Part shown: positions 26,781 to 43,782 of the stretch, piece after piece
Layout of the letters: the number at the start of each line of letters is the position of its first letter
How positions within the stretch are numbered: the stretch's first letter is position 1
NCBI GenBank assembly: GCA_964016885.1
Contig: OZ024744.1
Span: forward strand, 37,014,001-37,078,000
DNA from: Eledone cirrhosa
Lineage: Eukaryota
DNA length: 64,000 nt
Direction of reading: 5' to 3'
Notes under the pieces: model-generated
The model's input: only the letters and a program-made list of their open reading frames with translations
Databases searched by the model: none
What the model was told of the DNA's origin: nothing
Program-made: the position numbers and the translations under genes

Positions 26781-29144
26781 TGACGTCCTATGCGTACGCA
26801 GACACAGATCTTATGTGTCTTGTTTCAAGCGGAACTCTCTTCAACAATTCCATCACTTCAAAGCCAACACAGAAGAGAGAGAAAGGAAAATGAGCATCCT
26901 TGACGGACAGATCATTTGATTTGAAGATTTAATTGCATACACTAGCGAAGACTAAACATTTAGGGGGTGTACATAAACCATGAATGTTCCAGTAATCCGA
27001 TCAATAGTGCAGCAAACCCATAAAATTACCATTCAACTGGCTGGACATTCTACAGACAAGCATACCGATAACGTTATTCTCGGGCAGATTCAGCATGGTA
27101 AATTTTATGAGAAGGTTGGCCCTTTAATTTATAGGTATATTTAAGCTTTCAAATAATTTTGATTGACCTAATTTCTCTCACAAAATGTAGATGAACGTCG
27201 ATAGAATTCTTTGCCGTATTCGTTTCGACTCTCTGGTCTCTGAGTTCAAACCCCGACAGAGGGAACTTTGCCTATCATCTACTGGAGACTGACAAAAGAA
27301 GTATCAGTTTTGTGCTGGGGTCGATTCTTCCTCTATATCTCTTTCTCAATTCCATTGTGAGGCTCCCAAATGTTTATTGTACATAACATAAACATATTGT
27401 AAGAAATGGCGAAGGGAACTAAGCTACTTTTGCTAAAAATAATTTTTTTTCGTTTCTACCCCTGCTCACTTTCCTCTAACTTTCTATTCATTCTTTAATT
27501 TCTGTTGAAGGACTAGCGTCCGAAATTTTGAGACTCTTTTTCTACTATATCAAGCGTAAAATTGATATATTTCATCATTATACTGGCATTGTTTGCTTTG
27601 TTATTTCTGTTTACTTTGTGCATACTCACACGCTCACACGCTCACACACTAACATACATACATACATACACATATATATATATGGACTACTGTAAGGATA
27701 TTAATAAATAATTGTTTCTACTTTTGGCACAATAATAAATAATATTGTTAAGAAGAAAGACATGTTTCCTTTGCTACGACGAACTCGTAGTACACTTGCA
27801 TTTTCCCGACTACATGAATCACATTTTGCTTCGTTTGTGCGGTGAATTAGTAGTAGCCTCGGAACGTTGGATTAAATATCGTAAGGTATTTTTCCCGTCT
27901 TTCTGCGCTCTAAGCTTAAATCACGCCAAAGTCACTTTGCCTTTCATCCTTTCAGAATTAGTAAAAAAAATAGTACCAGCTCTGGGACAAAATATTAGCA
28001 GGATTATCAGTAGCGCCGGTGTTTGTCCTCGCCCTGCGCGTTCTGGGTTCAAATCCCACCTAATACTACCGGAAAAGTGGTGACATCTGACAAGAGTTGC
28101 AACTGGAAAATAGTATCAACAATTGTGAGAAAAACGACAGTATAATTTCCTTCATTAGATATGGGTATCGCCTTCTTTCATTGCTTTCCTGTTGTTTATC
28201 TTCTAAATAAAATGTATATCAACTTTCACCATCCGATTATGATGCAGGTCTTACACGGTTTCATCAGCTGTTAATTGCAGAGTTCGACAACAAAGAGAGA
28301 ATAGTAAATTGAAAATAGAGGACCGATTCAATTCGGGAATAGCCTGCCAATTCAGTGTTATAGCCATGGGAGACGATATCTATAATATAATAAGGGATGA
28401 GTGCGGGACAGCGTCCATTTTATTTTTATTTTTATCCCGTTAGTAAAATAAGTTGGATTAATTTGAATGAATTATGTATGAATATTATGTAATTTATCTA
28501 CTAAATTTCGTAGCTCTTGATTAAACATAAATATTCTTATGTATTGCTTATTTTAAGATTCAATTCTTTAAAAGTTTCAAATGGCAACACTTCCGGTTAG
28601 CGTCCATTATATCATAACACTTATTACATCGGTTATATAAACGTTCAAATATTTGCATCGTTATAAAAGGTTTATATTTCAGTCGCTAATTTTCTCCTTT
28701 TTCGTAACATTTTAGTTAAATATATATGCAGTTTATATATAATATCGTCTTTTTTAAATGTATCATGGATTACTTTACTTATTACAGAAGACAGTGTAAC
28801 ACAGTCTTCGTTCAATTTCTGTGTATATTGTCAATTACGATTTCATTTGATGTATCATATCTAAATGCATATATACTTGCGTTTAACATCAATATGCACA
28901 CTACACATACTGGCAGAAAACCACCCGAAAGTATATATAATAAACTTAGGAAAATTAACAAAGACAAGACAACGAACGAAAACAAGTCAAACCGAAAAAC
29001 AATTCTAAAGAGGAAAACATGAAAAACCAACGACACAGAACTCCAACGTCTTCAGCCGTTGAGATGGACTTTGACAGTTTCAACCCCTACCAATGGTACT
29101 GCTGGACCACCTGGGGTCACGACTTTCCTGGGAAAAAACTGAAT

Positions 29145-29250
29145 GAAGAAGAAGAAGAAGAAGAAGAAGAAGAAGAAGAAGAAGAAGAAGAAGAAGAAGA
29201 AGAAGAAGAAGAAGAAGAAGAAGAAGAAGAAGAAGAAGAAGAAGAAGAAG
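29145..29250 (+). repeat. (GAA)n microsatellite, probable retroelement tail
   Basis: About 35 GAA units. Confidence 0.9.
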
Positions 29251-30142
29251 GTTTTGAATTCATAATGTAAAGAGCCATAACTCTATGCCACGATCCAGGG
29301 CGTCTGATGCTCTACGGATACTGCCAATCCATCACACTTACATGGAAATTAATAGTTAAACATTTGAAGATACACCTAATGTTTTATATACACACACGTT
29401 TCAATAACCAACGAAAAATCATATTATTAAAAAACAATCAGTTATCTTTTTAGAAACAGTCATGATTACCTATTTACTTACTGCACTAAATTGTTTAACT
29501 CTGAGTAGCCTTTCAAAGTTCCATTTTGATTTGTGTTGGTGTTGGATTTAATTTTTCTATCACAGGCAACTATATGCCGTGTTAAGTTATACTATCCATG
29601 GTTCCGATACTTCTGATAGAGTCGTGGGGGGCCGTGTTGACATACGGCGTTTTCTTGAGCATTTTCAACCTGGCGGAGTCCACCTCTCTTTAGGCCTAAG
29701 TACAGCAAACTTCTTGCAGAGAGAGGAAGAATCGACCCAGTACTAGACTGGTACTTTTTTTTATCGACATCGAAATGATAAAAGGCAAAGTTGACCTCGG
29801 CAGGATTTGAACTCAGTCAGTAGAGAGCCGGAACGAATACCAGAAAACATTCTATCCAATGTTCTAACGACTCTGCGAATTCGCCGCCTATACTTGTTGC
29901 TTATATTTTTTCCAAAACTAGTGATTCGGTTGGTTGTATCATTTGCTGCCACTTGGAAACAACAAACAACATCAGGCCACAATCGCCTTCATTGCCGTGT
30001 TTCAATCAATGTGTGGCTAGCAGATAAATTAGTACTATACACTCTGAAGTGCACTAAATACTTAACCCTATCTCAAGAAAATATTTCATAACAGACTTTT
30101 CCACGTAGATCTTAGTCCACATATTATCAGACGTACACATAT

Positions 30143-30333
30143 AATTGTTTCTACTTTTGGCACAAGGCCAGCAATTATCCCAGTGTATTACTGGTACATT
30201 ATTTTATCGACCCTGTAAGGATGAAAGGCAAAGTTAACCTCGGCGGGATTTGAACTCAGACCATAAAGGACCGTAACTCTTTGCTTCAAAGCATGGCGTC
30301 CGACCCTCTACCGATACTGCCAATCCACCACCC
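30143..30333 (-). mobile_element. Full-length tRNA-derived SINE, Nin-like domain
   Basis: Reverse complement has tggcagtatcgg (A box), gagttcaaatcc (B box), gcctttcatcc..gggtcgataaa..gtaccag and the same tail as 26160. Confidence 0.85.
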
Positions 30334-30659
30334 TACGTACACATATAATGTTCCCTTACATTATCTTACCCAACAATAAATTACTACAAGCGAAATCACA
30401 TAAAATGAAATCGCCTTGTTAAATAAGATAAATTAATTGATTAAAATTAAAACCACTTCAATGACATGATGCAATATATACAATTTGTCCCTGCACACCC
30501 CTACCTCAAAACAAAATACAAGCCTCAACTACCCCATAACACATAATACAAAATACGAATCCTCATCTAAACAAATGCTGTTTTTTAAAACTCTTCTGTA
30601 GACTGAAGAAGGAATATATTTCATTAAATTTAACAAAGAGCCAAATAGTTGGTTATCAT

Positions 30660-31740
30660 CTTTATGGCTGATGATGCGCAGGCATACGCTGAGGCTACGG
30701 CATCAACAGGTATTCCTCACCGAACCCAACCAGTGTGGGCACTGTATGTGAGACAGACTTTCCCGCAGCTTATCTCGCTGACGGAGCTACAATCCTGGGT
30801 CAAGCGGAGACGAAAGAAGATGGGCGCCTGGCACATTTAATGCGTTCAGGGGTTCACAGTCTTCTGGCAAGCGGGTACGGCAATCAGTGGAGACTCCACT
30901 TCGACGTTCTATAGAGGGTTAGTACGTCAGAAGGGCGACGACGTGCTCGGAGAGACTCTAGGCGTCGAAGACGACGAACTCACCAGTCTGTTTGGTAGGA
31001 ATTTCCACCCGGGCCCTATGGACAACTTCCAGAGGTCCCTGGCCTGGCAGTGCTACCGAGGAGCTCTATCAGTTCGTGACAAGATCTACAGGCCCGAACG
31101 CCCCGGTAAGGATCCTTCCAAGAGGACGTGTCCAAGATGCGGGCAGGACATTGAAACTGTCTTGCACGCAATTGTACACTGCCCGGGCGTAACCGACCTG
31201 TGGAACTACGCAGAACAACTGCTGTCGCGTATGGGACAAATCTAGTTGACTGCCGGGTCCATAGTAAGGTTCAAACCGCCAACCTCCTTCAAAAACGAAA
31301 GAGAGGCGGTTTTCCTCTGTATAGTGGCTATGGTGAAATAGGTTATATGGTGGACGAGATTGAGAGGACTGAGGACAGATGCCTTTCTCTCCGGACAACA
31401 ACTCATTCCCTTCTTTAGGTACTACTTGAGAAGAAGAATCAGGGTGGAGAGAGAGGCACTACACCCCAGTAAATTTACTGAAAGATTGGTGAATGTGGCA
31501 AAAATGACCCGAGTGATTGGGCCTTCTCTGTATATAAACCTGTAGGTTGAAGAAAAGAGCGAAAGGAAGAAAGAAGCACTTTCACAACACGCTCTTGAAG
31601 TTGAGGGTTGTTCTATCTATATGTTATATTTGTTTGTTTCATATTTTTACACGATTGTATGTAGAATCCCCGGCATGTGTCCTTGTTGTGTCCCCTTTTC
31701 TTGAGCGCCCTTGTTTGCTAATAAAGAAATATATCATCTT
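30660..31740 (+). mobile_element. Tx1/L1-like LINE 3' fragment
   Basis: MDNFQRSLAWQCYRGAL..CPRC..ETVLHAIVHC zinc knuckle; paralogous to 56696-57043; aataaa near the end. Confidence 0.85.
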
Positions 31741-32367
31741 TATAAATCAATTACAGTACTCTTCAGTTCACTAATTAAGTAAATCAGTTTAGATCATGAC
31801 TGACCATGAAGTGTAACTTGGAAAATTCCTCTCCAGACCGCAATTCTGGGCAAGATCTTTTGCAGGAGACCAGCAGTCGCCCATGCACGAGAGTCACCCA
31901 CATGAGGACAACGATGCTTTACCTATTAGAAAAATAAAGCACATTACAATTCAGCGTCACTGTTGTTTCATTTCATTTTTTTCATCTGTGAAGTAAAGTA
32001 TTTTCCTAAAAAATAATAACCCGCCACATTGTACAGCAGTCGGACACGCGACCATACGATTTTAAGCCCAGCAGCACAGCCACAAAGGAAGGTGCTCTGG
32101 GAATGATATACAGTTTATATATATATACAGTTTATAGATTTTTATAAATACTAAATATATATATTCTTACTCCAGTAACTCAGATCTGTGTGAATAATCT
32201 CCTTCTGATCTCTAATTCTGTTGAATACATTTAAGAGTATATTTCCAGTATTTTCAATTTACACGAAAGAAAATTTAACGTTCTTTAGTAAGCGCTGTGA
32301 CATTTTCGACATATTTAAATCAAATCATTCTGTGCAGGATGGCAGGATGGGATTTCATTTCTGGTAT

Positions 32368-32425
<58 letters not shown>

Positions 32426-32584
32426 AGGAGGTTATAGTTCACTTGAAGCATTGTGTAATGAGGTATAAACGTTTGAATATGTATAATAAAGCCAAAACAA
32501 TGCAGGTATGGACATAGAAAAAAGAATGCAATTGCAAAAGATATTGTTGACAAATCGTGTTTTACCTTAGATTTATTTAAATGT

Positions 32585-32619
32585 CCTTAATTTTCGAGAT
32601 AATATCTCTTCTTCAGAGG
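32585..32619 (-). ncRNA. Minimal type I hammerhead ribozyme
   Basis: Reverse complement: CCT-CTGAAGA-A-GAGAT att ATCTC-GAAA-AT-TA-AGG; about 380 bp downstream of a GIY-YIG ORF on the same strand. Confidence 0.75.
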
Positions 32620-32997
32620 GAAATAAAGGTCTCAAACCAGCCTTCTAAATATCTTGCCAAGCCATGCTGACAGGAAATAGTATAGAGTATCTGTTCAATC
32701 TCTAATGTCACAGTTAAAATTAGATGGATAAAGAGTAGTCTCCCTTTAAAAGGGGTTTGTTTAGGTTTTTTTTAATTTTTTTTTATATACATGCCTGTTT
32801 AGGTGTGTGGGAGAATGCATGAAGGTGTAAGTATGTGAGTGTGTGTGAGTGTGAGAAGATAAGTCTATTCGTAAATGTGGAGGATAGGTGTTATCTGGTG
32901 TTAGAACTGGTTTTGTGTGTGTATGTGTGAGAGAGAATAAGTGGAGGTGTAAGCGTGTGTGTGTGTGGGGTGTGTAAATATGGGGCTGGAAGCCCTA

Positions 32998-33406
32998 TCA
33001 GGTTATAAATTGGGTGTTGAGTTCTAGTCTATTATTGATTAGTGGTTGTGTTTTATCTATAATTAGTGCTTCCTTAATTCTAAGATTGCCGAGGTTTCTT
33101 TCCTTAGTTTCTATCCTAACTGTTATGGTTTTGTCGGTGTTTTTGCATTTAACTAGGTGTTTCTTAAATGAGGAAGCGTTAGTATTGAGGTGTTCTTTTA
33201 TTCTTATGTGGAGTGGTCTGGTGGTGCTACCTACGTAGAAGACAGCCGTCTGTGGAAATGAGGTGATTAATCTCTTTTGCATATGAAACTGCATAAGTTG
33301 GCTCAACTTATACTAGAAAAGATACATATTGTATAAAGCTATTATAAGTCGAGCCAACTTATGCAGCTTCATATGCAAACGGATTAATCACCTCATTTAC
33401 ACAGAC
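32998..33406 (-). mobile_element. Penelope-like GIY-YIG fragment with 5' inversion
   Basis: FYVGSTTRPLHIRIKEH..LRIKEALII..PLIN; 33248-33312 is inverted at 33341-33406. Confidence 0.85.
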
Positions 33407-33536
33407 GAGAAAACTATATATTCTCGGCTGTTTTCAAGTCCAGCAGTTTCTGGACATCACCAGAGGGCGTTAGCCCCCCGGTGTTTGCATAGCTACGGCT
33501 TCCTAAAACCGTATTTCTTTAGAGATACGAAATTTC

Positions 33537-35944
<2,408 letters not shown>

Positions 35945-35946
<2 letters not shown>

Positions 35947-37510
35947 GTGAGGTTTTTTTACAAAATGAAAAATAAGAAATAACCTAATTGTGGAACCTGC
36001 ACTCACCTCATTGAAGGCAACACGTATACATTTAAATCAGGACAAAAGTTTACTGTAAAAAATCACTTCACTTGTCATCAAAAAATCTAGTTTATGCCAT
36101 TAAATGTAAAGGATGCAATGAAGATTATATAGGACAAACTAAACTCACACTCAGAAACAGAATGACAGTTCATCGCCAACAAATACGAGATCCAAACACG
36201 AGACAGATACCACTAAGAGCACATCTAGACATTTGCGCAAGTAATAAGACACCCAAATTCCAAGTCTTCCCATTTTACCTTTGCGCTAACAATACAACAG
36301 AACAAATGCGAATAAATAAGGAAAATATGTTTATTCAAAAATATAGACCAACATTAAATAAGGTTTAATAGACATTATGTCAACACCACAATATTACATA
36401 CACACACACATAACACCTTCTACTTTAGAAAATAAAAACCCGAACTAAATAAACCTTAACATACGTTTGCACTGGCAATACAACAGCAAATACGAAAAAG
36501 TAAGGAAAATATGTTCATTCAAAAATATTTCTACTAAAGGAATCACTTTCCTACACACACACATACACACACACACAATATATATATATATATATATATT
36601 CTCTTCATCTTAACATGCTAACCATACTCCCACACACATAACACCCATACACACACATAACAACCCCCACACCTACAACTCCCTCCCCATTTCTACTAAT
36701 AAAACCACTTTCCTACACACATATATATATACAGACACACAAAATATATATTCTCTCCATCTTAACATACTCGCACACACACACATAACACCCATATACA
36801 CACACACACAACTCCCTCCCCCATCTCTACTAATAGAATCATCTTCCAATATACACATACACACACTAACACACACACACATACACATACACACACACAA
36901 GCACACAAATAAACATACATATATTCACTTCAATAGAAAATCTGAACTCTGACACCCCGGCGAGCTGGCCATATTCACTGGACCAGAACATTTCTCCCAA
37001 TCCCTTTTCTCTTGACCACTATCTCTCCATTGTCATAACATTCACTATAAAGACTACAGAATAGTTTTCCAAATAAGGGCGCAAAAATGTAATGAAAACT
37101 TGTTCACGTGACAGCCAAATTTCATTTATAAACAAAAAAAAAAGCCTTCGTGAGCCTCCTTTTTTCAAGTAAAAAGAAATTCAAACACTCATATATGAAA
37201 AAACAACCTGTGACAACCCCCCCTCTCTTATTTGAAGAACTATTGTAACGCGAACTGGCGCAAAATTTATTATAATTATTGACAAACCAATCAAATTACT
37301 TCTCGAAAAATCTGGCATTTCGAGCCACTTTTTCCATATAAAACAAGTAACATTCAGAGACCAACCAGATGAGAGAAAAACCACAGACCCTCCATCTCAA
37401 CTCACCTTTTGAAAAGCAGAAGAACTGCGAAACCGGTAAAGGAACCAAATAAATATATATATTTTAAAAAAAAATAAGACTCCAGTTGCATTTTCGATTT
37501 CATCTCTTTT
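35945..37510 (+). mobile_element. Penelope-like GIY-YIG 3' fragment plus 3' UTR/pLTR
   Basis: SKNLVYAIKCKGCNEDYIGQT..LRNRMTVH..KENMFI..PTLN; the pLTR part 37080-37510 is related to 63050-63420. Confidence 0.85.
37405..37442 (+). ncRNA. Minimal hammerhead ribozyme with compensatory U3-A8 core (damaged copy at 63328-63362)
   Basis: CCTT-TTGAAAA-GCAG aagaa CTGC-GAAA-CCGG-TA-AAGG. Confidence 0.75.
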
Positions 37511-37511
37511 T

Positions 37512-37574
<63 letters not shown>

Positions 37575-38050
37575 GAATTGGCGCTCTGAAATAGCTATAT
37601 ATATATGAATGTATATATAGTGTATTTTGCGGGGGTAGATAAAGCTGACAGAGCTATGTTTCGTACTGATTGATACTTATCAAAGCCAAGTACCCCACCT
37701 ATTTTCTGAAAATCCTGAATGTTTGATTCTTTTATAAGCACCAATCAGTACGAAACATAGCTCGGTCAGCTTTATCTCCCTCTGTTTGCTGATAATTTAA
37801 AGTAAGTGAGTCTGTCACTACTCTAAAACACTAGCATAAGGTCTTCGAAATGCTTTTAATTAAGCATACAGTGTATTGCAAAATACACTATATATACATT
37901 TATATATATATATAGCTATTTCAGAGCGCCAATTCTAATTTTCAATTTCTGCTTGACCGGCAACCGCTCTGTATAATCAGTTCCTGATTATTATTAGAAA
38001 ATTCTATAAGAATCAAACATTCAGGATTTTCAGCAAACAGGTGGGGTACT

Positions 38051-38088
38051 GGGCTTTGATAAGTAGCAATCAGTACGAAACATAGCCC
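38051..38088 (+). ncRNA. Hammerhead-like motif with U3-A8 core (inverted copy 37651-37687; partial copy near 37730-37765)
   Basis: GGGC-T-TTGATAA-GTA gcaatcag TAC-GAAA-CA-TA-GCCC. Confidence 0.6.
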
Positions 38089-38223
38089 TGTCAGCTTTAT
38101 CTCCCCTGGTTTGCTGAAAATGTAAATTAAGTGAGTCTGTCACTACTCTAAAACAATAGCATAAGGTCTTCGAAATGCTTTTAATTAAGCATACAATGTA
38201 TTGCAAAATACACTATATATACA

Positions 38224-38257
<34 letters not shown>

Positions 38258-39501
38258 GTATAATAAACAATACAATATAATTACCTCATTACCAGAGGTT
38301 TCCCGAATAAGACGAATACGAAAAACGTACTCTTTCGTTCGTCGGACAAGGCAATTTAAAACATAGTGAAATATTTGAAAAGTCTCCTCAAGAAATGCAA
38401 GAGTTTAACGGGCAAAAAATATATAAATAAAAGTAATGCAAGAGATATATAAAAAAAAGGGAAATATAGGTAGGGTATGTATATACACTCACAAATGTAC
38501 ATATGTGTGTATGTACAAATGCATGTGTATGGTGAAAATGTGTGCGTAAGTACATATATGAGGGCAAGTATATTTATGTATATGTGACTACAAATACGTA
38601 TATAATATCAGTTGAAAAAGAAATTGTAAGATAATATAGTTAACAGGCATCCCGATACAGGTATTAAATACACATACGAGTATGAAAGCACGCGTATAAA
38701 CACACACACACGGCGGTCACTTATATGCGGAAGATAAAGAGCGAAGGGAGTGTAATAGTAAAAAAAAGTGTCATTGTCCATATATGTATAAAAATGAAAC
38801 AATATATGAGAATGAAAAAAATGTTTAAATCAAAGAGAAAGTAATCAATTAACACTAGAGAAAAGAAAACAAACATAGGTACGCACGTACACACATATAT
38901 ATATATATATATATAAATATTTATACACACAAATACGTACAGACAAAAGCGCATGCATGCGTACATACATACACACGAGGCACGTATATATATATATCGC
39001 CACATCTATATCTAATCACACGTACGTACGCGACTATATATATATATATACATATATACATACACACCCATACATACATATACATATACACACATATACA
39101 TATACACACATATACATACACATACATTCACCCGCATACACACACACGTATAAATAAGTGTGTAAAAAACATAGATATAAAAAAAACACAGATATAAAAT
39201 CACATATACACACATATATATACGTACGCACGTACACATACGGAGGCGTTCATATACATATACAGAACGTATACACACATAAGCACATTCACACACCTAG
39301 ATACAGATTATAAACCAGCCGTATGAATAAATGAGTACAAATATAAAATCGGCTGCGAAACAACAGTATATATCTGGAGTGGAATACGCAAGTGACATGT
39401 CATATCAGGTAGTGAAAGAAAATGGGGAAGTAAAATGTGGAATGAGAAGATATTAGGTAAGTGAATCGAAAAGTAGGGAGGGGGTTACTGGTGGATGTGA
39501 A

Positions 39502-39787
39502 GTAAAAATAAAAATAAAAATAAAAATAAAAATAAAAATAAAAATAGAAATAAAAATAAAAATAAAAATAAAAATAAAAATAAAAATAAAAATAAAAATA
39601 AAAATAAAAATAAAAATAAAAATAAAAATAAAAATAAAAATAAAAATAAAAATAAAAATAAAAATAAAAATAAAAATAAAAATAAAAATAAAAATAAAAA
39701 TAAAAATAAAAATAAAAATAAAAATAAAAATAAAAATAAAAATAAAAATAAAAATAAAAATAAAAATAAAAATAAAAATAAAAATAA
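39502..39787 (+). repeat. (TAAAAA)n hexamer array
   Basis: About 47 units inside a PLE 3' region. Confidence 0.95.
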
Positions 39788-39860
39788 AGTTAAAAATGAA
39801 AGTAAATCAGAAAGAGAAGTCTGTAGAGAGGATAATTTAAGGAAAGTGAAGAATAAGAGT

Positions 39861-41672
39861 TTATGGAGGATAAGTATCTGAAAGTGAGTTAAGTTTATAT
39901 GAGCTGGAAAGCAAGTGTGATTTCATGTGTGGGCAACTGGTGAAAATTTCTGTTTTTGTATTTAGGCAGGTTTTTGGTGATTTAAGGTTCTGTAAAATCC
40001 AATATTTTTCACTTATGCAGAGTGTGCATCTTCTTGTTCCTCTTGAATATTCTTTAGATTGGTTCAAAATTGACCAATCTAATTTTGAAACAGTTTCTAT
40101 TGAAGATCTTATAGTATCTATTTGTTCTAGGGAAATGTTTATCTAAGAGCTCTAGGAATTTTTTGCCAACATTAGTTTTAACTGCTAGAGAGTAAGGGGG
40201 TGTGAACCAGATTATTTTTCTCTTCCTATTATTATGTTTAAAAGAGTTAGTATTGTTGGGTATGTACTTAATCGGTTCGCTAAATCCGCTATTTTGAAGG
40301 GCTTTATTATAGTAGGGGGATGCCCTATTGAAAATAGCTTCTGATGAAGAGAGGGTGGAAATCCTACGGCTAATATTAGGGACAAGGTTTTTAAAAACTA
40401 TAGGAGGATAGCAAGAGCCTTTATTTATATATTTTAAATTTTCATTAGGTTTATGGTATGGTTTATAAGAAGCAGTAGGCAGATCGAGGTTAATATCTAG
40501 AAAATTAACATTGGAAAGGTTAGTGTCAATAGTAATTTTAAGATTAAAACTAGCGAAGGTTTTTATTAAGTCTTTCCTTAATCTATCTAAGTTATGGCCT
40601 ATGGTGGTATGGGAAAGTATTAGACCATCGTCGCGATAAAGTCCAAAAATAGGGTTAGGGGATTTTCTTTAAGTGTGTGTAGGAGGAATAGGCCGACTAA
40701 ATCACAAACATCAGCACTGTCAAAAGAACCCATTGAGACATCGAATGGGTTCTCTGGGTTAGATATTTTTACCCAAGTGTCATTATCAGTAAAGAGTAGG
40801 GTGTTTCTAGCATGCAAGATGACATTCTCTTCAATATCAGAAATATTGGTAAACTTTCTAGCGAAATTTAAGGCTTTCGCTAAAAGAGTCTGAGTGATAG
40901 ACGGGTAGAAATCTACAATGTCAAATTGTGTGAATCTAGAACTATTTTTATCTTTAATATTATTAAACCAATGTACTATGGAAGAGCTATTTATCCATTA
41001 GAGTAATTCAGACTTACTTCTAATCTGTGTGTTTATATTATTTAAAATTTTTTTGCTGGCAAGACCGATATCAGTCTTAGCAGGATCGATTAATCTACAA
41101 CTAGGACGATTAATAAAGTCAGGTTTGTGATCTTTAAGGGTGATAAATTCAATACGTTTAGGAAGTTTTTCTGTCCTATTATCTATTTTTAAAGAACTAG
41201 CTAATTCTTTAGCTTCCTTATTTATATTATTATACGTGTTTATATTAGCTATTTGGTATTTAGAGGTGATGTTATCTATTAAGAGTTGGTCATGTAAATG
41301 ATTATTAACTTCGTATAAGTTTTTAGTTTTGTCGGAGAAAATGAACTTATTTTTAGAAGATTTGAATATTGAAATATCATTAGATAATTTGGATTGAAAG
41401 GGGTTAGAGTACTTACGAAATTTGATATTGTTGATTAAATTAACTAAATCTAGTTCAAAAGCGGTCATATATTTTAATCTTTGCGGGTATTTATGAGTTT
41501 TGATATCAAAATGTTCCGTAGATTCCGTGTTAAAGTGTTCATCGAAAATCAAAGCTTTCCATCTCATTCTTTTAACAACTTTCTCTACTTTGTCTATCAG
41601 CATTTTAGTGTAGGAAGTGTTAGAAGGTGTTGGGATATTCTTGAAAGAGTAATCCAAAGGATATTTATCCAT
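39861..41672 (-). mobile_element. Penelope-like element ORF, disrupted (N-terminal region, RT, partial GIY-YIG)
   Basis: YSFKNIP..RMRWKA..DKTKNLY..FITLKDHKPDF..CRLIDPAK, FDIVDFYPSI, MGSFDSADVCDLVGL, GLYRDDG, CTLCISEK..LN..CPH. Confidence 0.92.
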
Positions 41673-41936
41673 GTTCAGTATTGATTTAAAATCCTATTGA
41701 CTGAAGAGTGCTCGACTTTAAAAGGGCTGGAAGGTGCCAATCTCATAAGAATGTAGAATATGCTACGATCATTCCTATTTATTTCTATACATATATATAC
41801 ATATGAAATAGCCGCCGAAACAGCTTGAGCCCTGCCGTCGGGGTTATAGATTTTCCTATTACTCACTCTACTACCATAGTATTGAGTACTCTGGTGCGTT
41901 ATGGTCCATCTGTTTCCTTACCACAACTCCTTCGTT

Positions 41937-43233
<1,297 letters not shown>

Positions 43234-43597
43234 TATTATAATTGAATATAAAAGAAAGATAAACACAGATATGTTCAAATATGTGTTCAAATGGTAAGGG
43301 ACCAGATTCGCCAAGGGGAAAAAATACTAACTTTGGACAATAGGTTTGCCAGACTTAATTTAAGAATAAATCAAGAAAAAAATACAGACCTATTGTTCAT
43401 AGTTAGTATTTTTTTCACCTAGCGCATCTGGTCCGTTACCATTTGAACACATATATGTATATATCTGTGTTTATCTTTCTTTTATATTCAATTATAATAT
43501 ACGGCTCGGAAACATCTCTTTCATAGAGCTATGTAAGAGACTATTTTGAGTTGCTAACTCAATATATGCCTTTGATATATACCTTAGATATATACCT

Positions 43598-43726
<129 letters not shown>

Positions 43727-43782
43727 TAATAAAAACAATGAATAAAAACAAAGAAACAGTTCCTTATATTAAAAAATTCATC

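Noticed and set aside
29019-29270. Poly-Glu ORF
   Set aside because: Produced by a (GAA)n microsatellite
39502-39787. Hexamer array as a telomeric repeat
   Set aside because: The unit is TAAAAA, not TTAGGG; it is a simple expansion in a PLE 3' region
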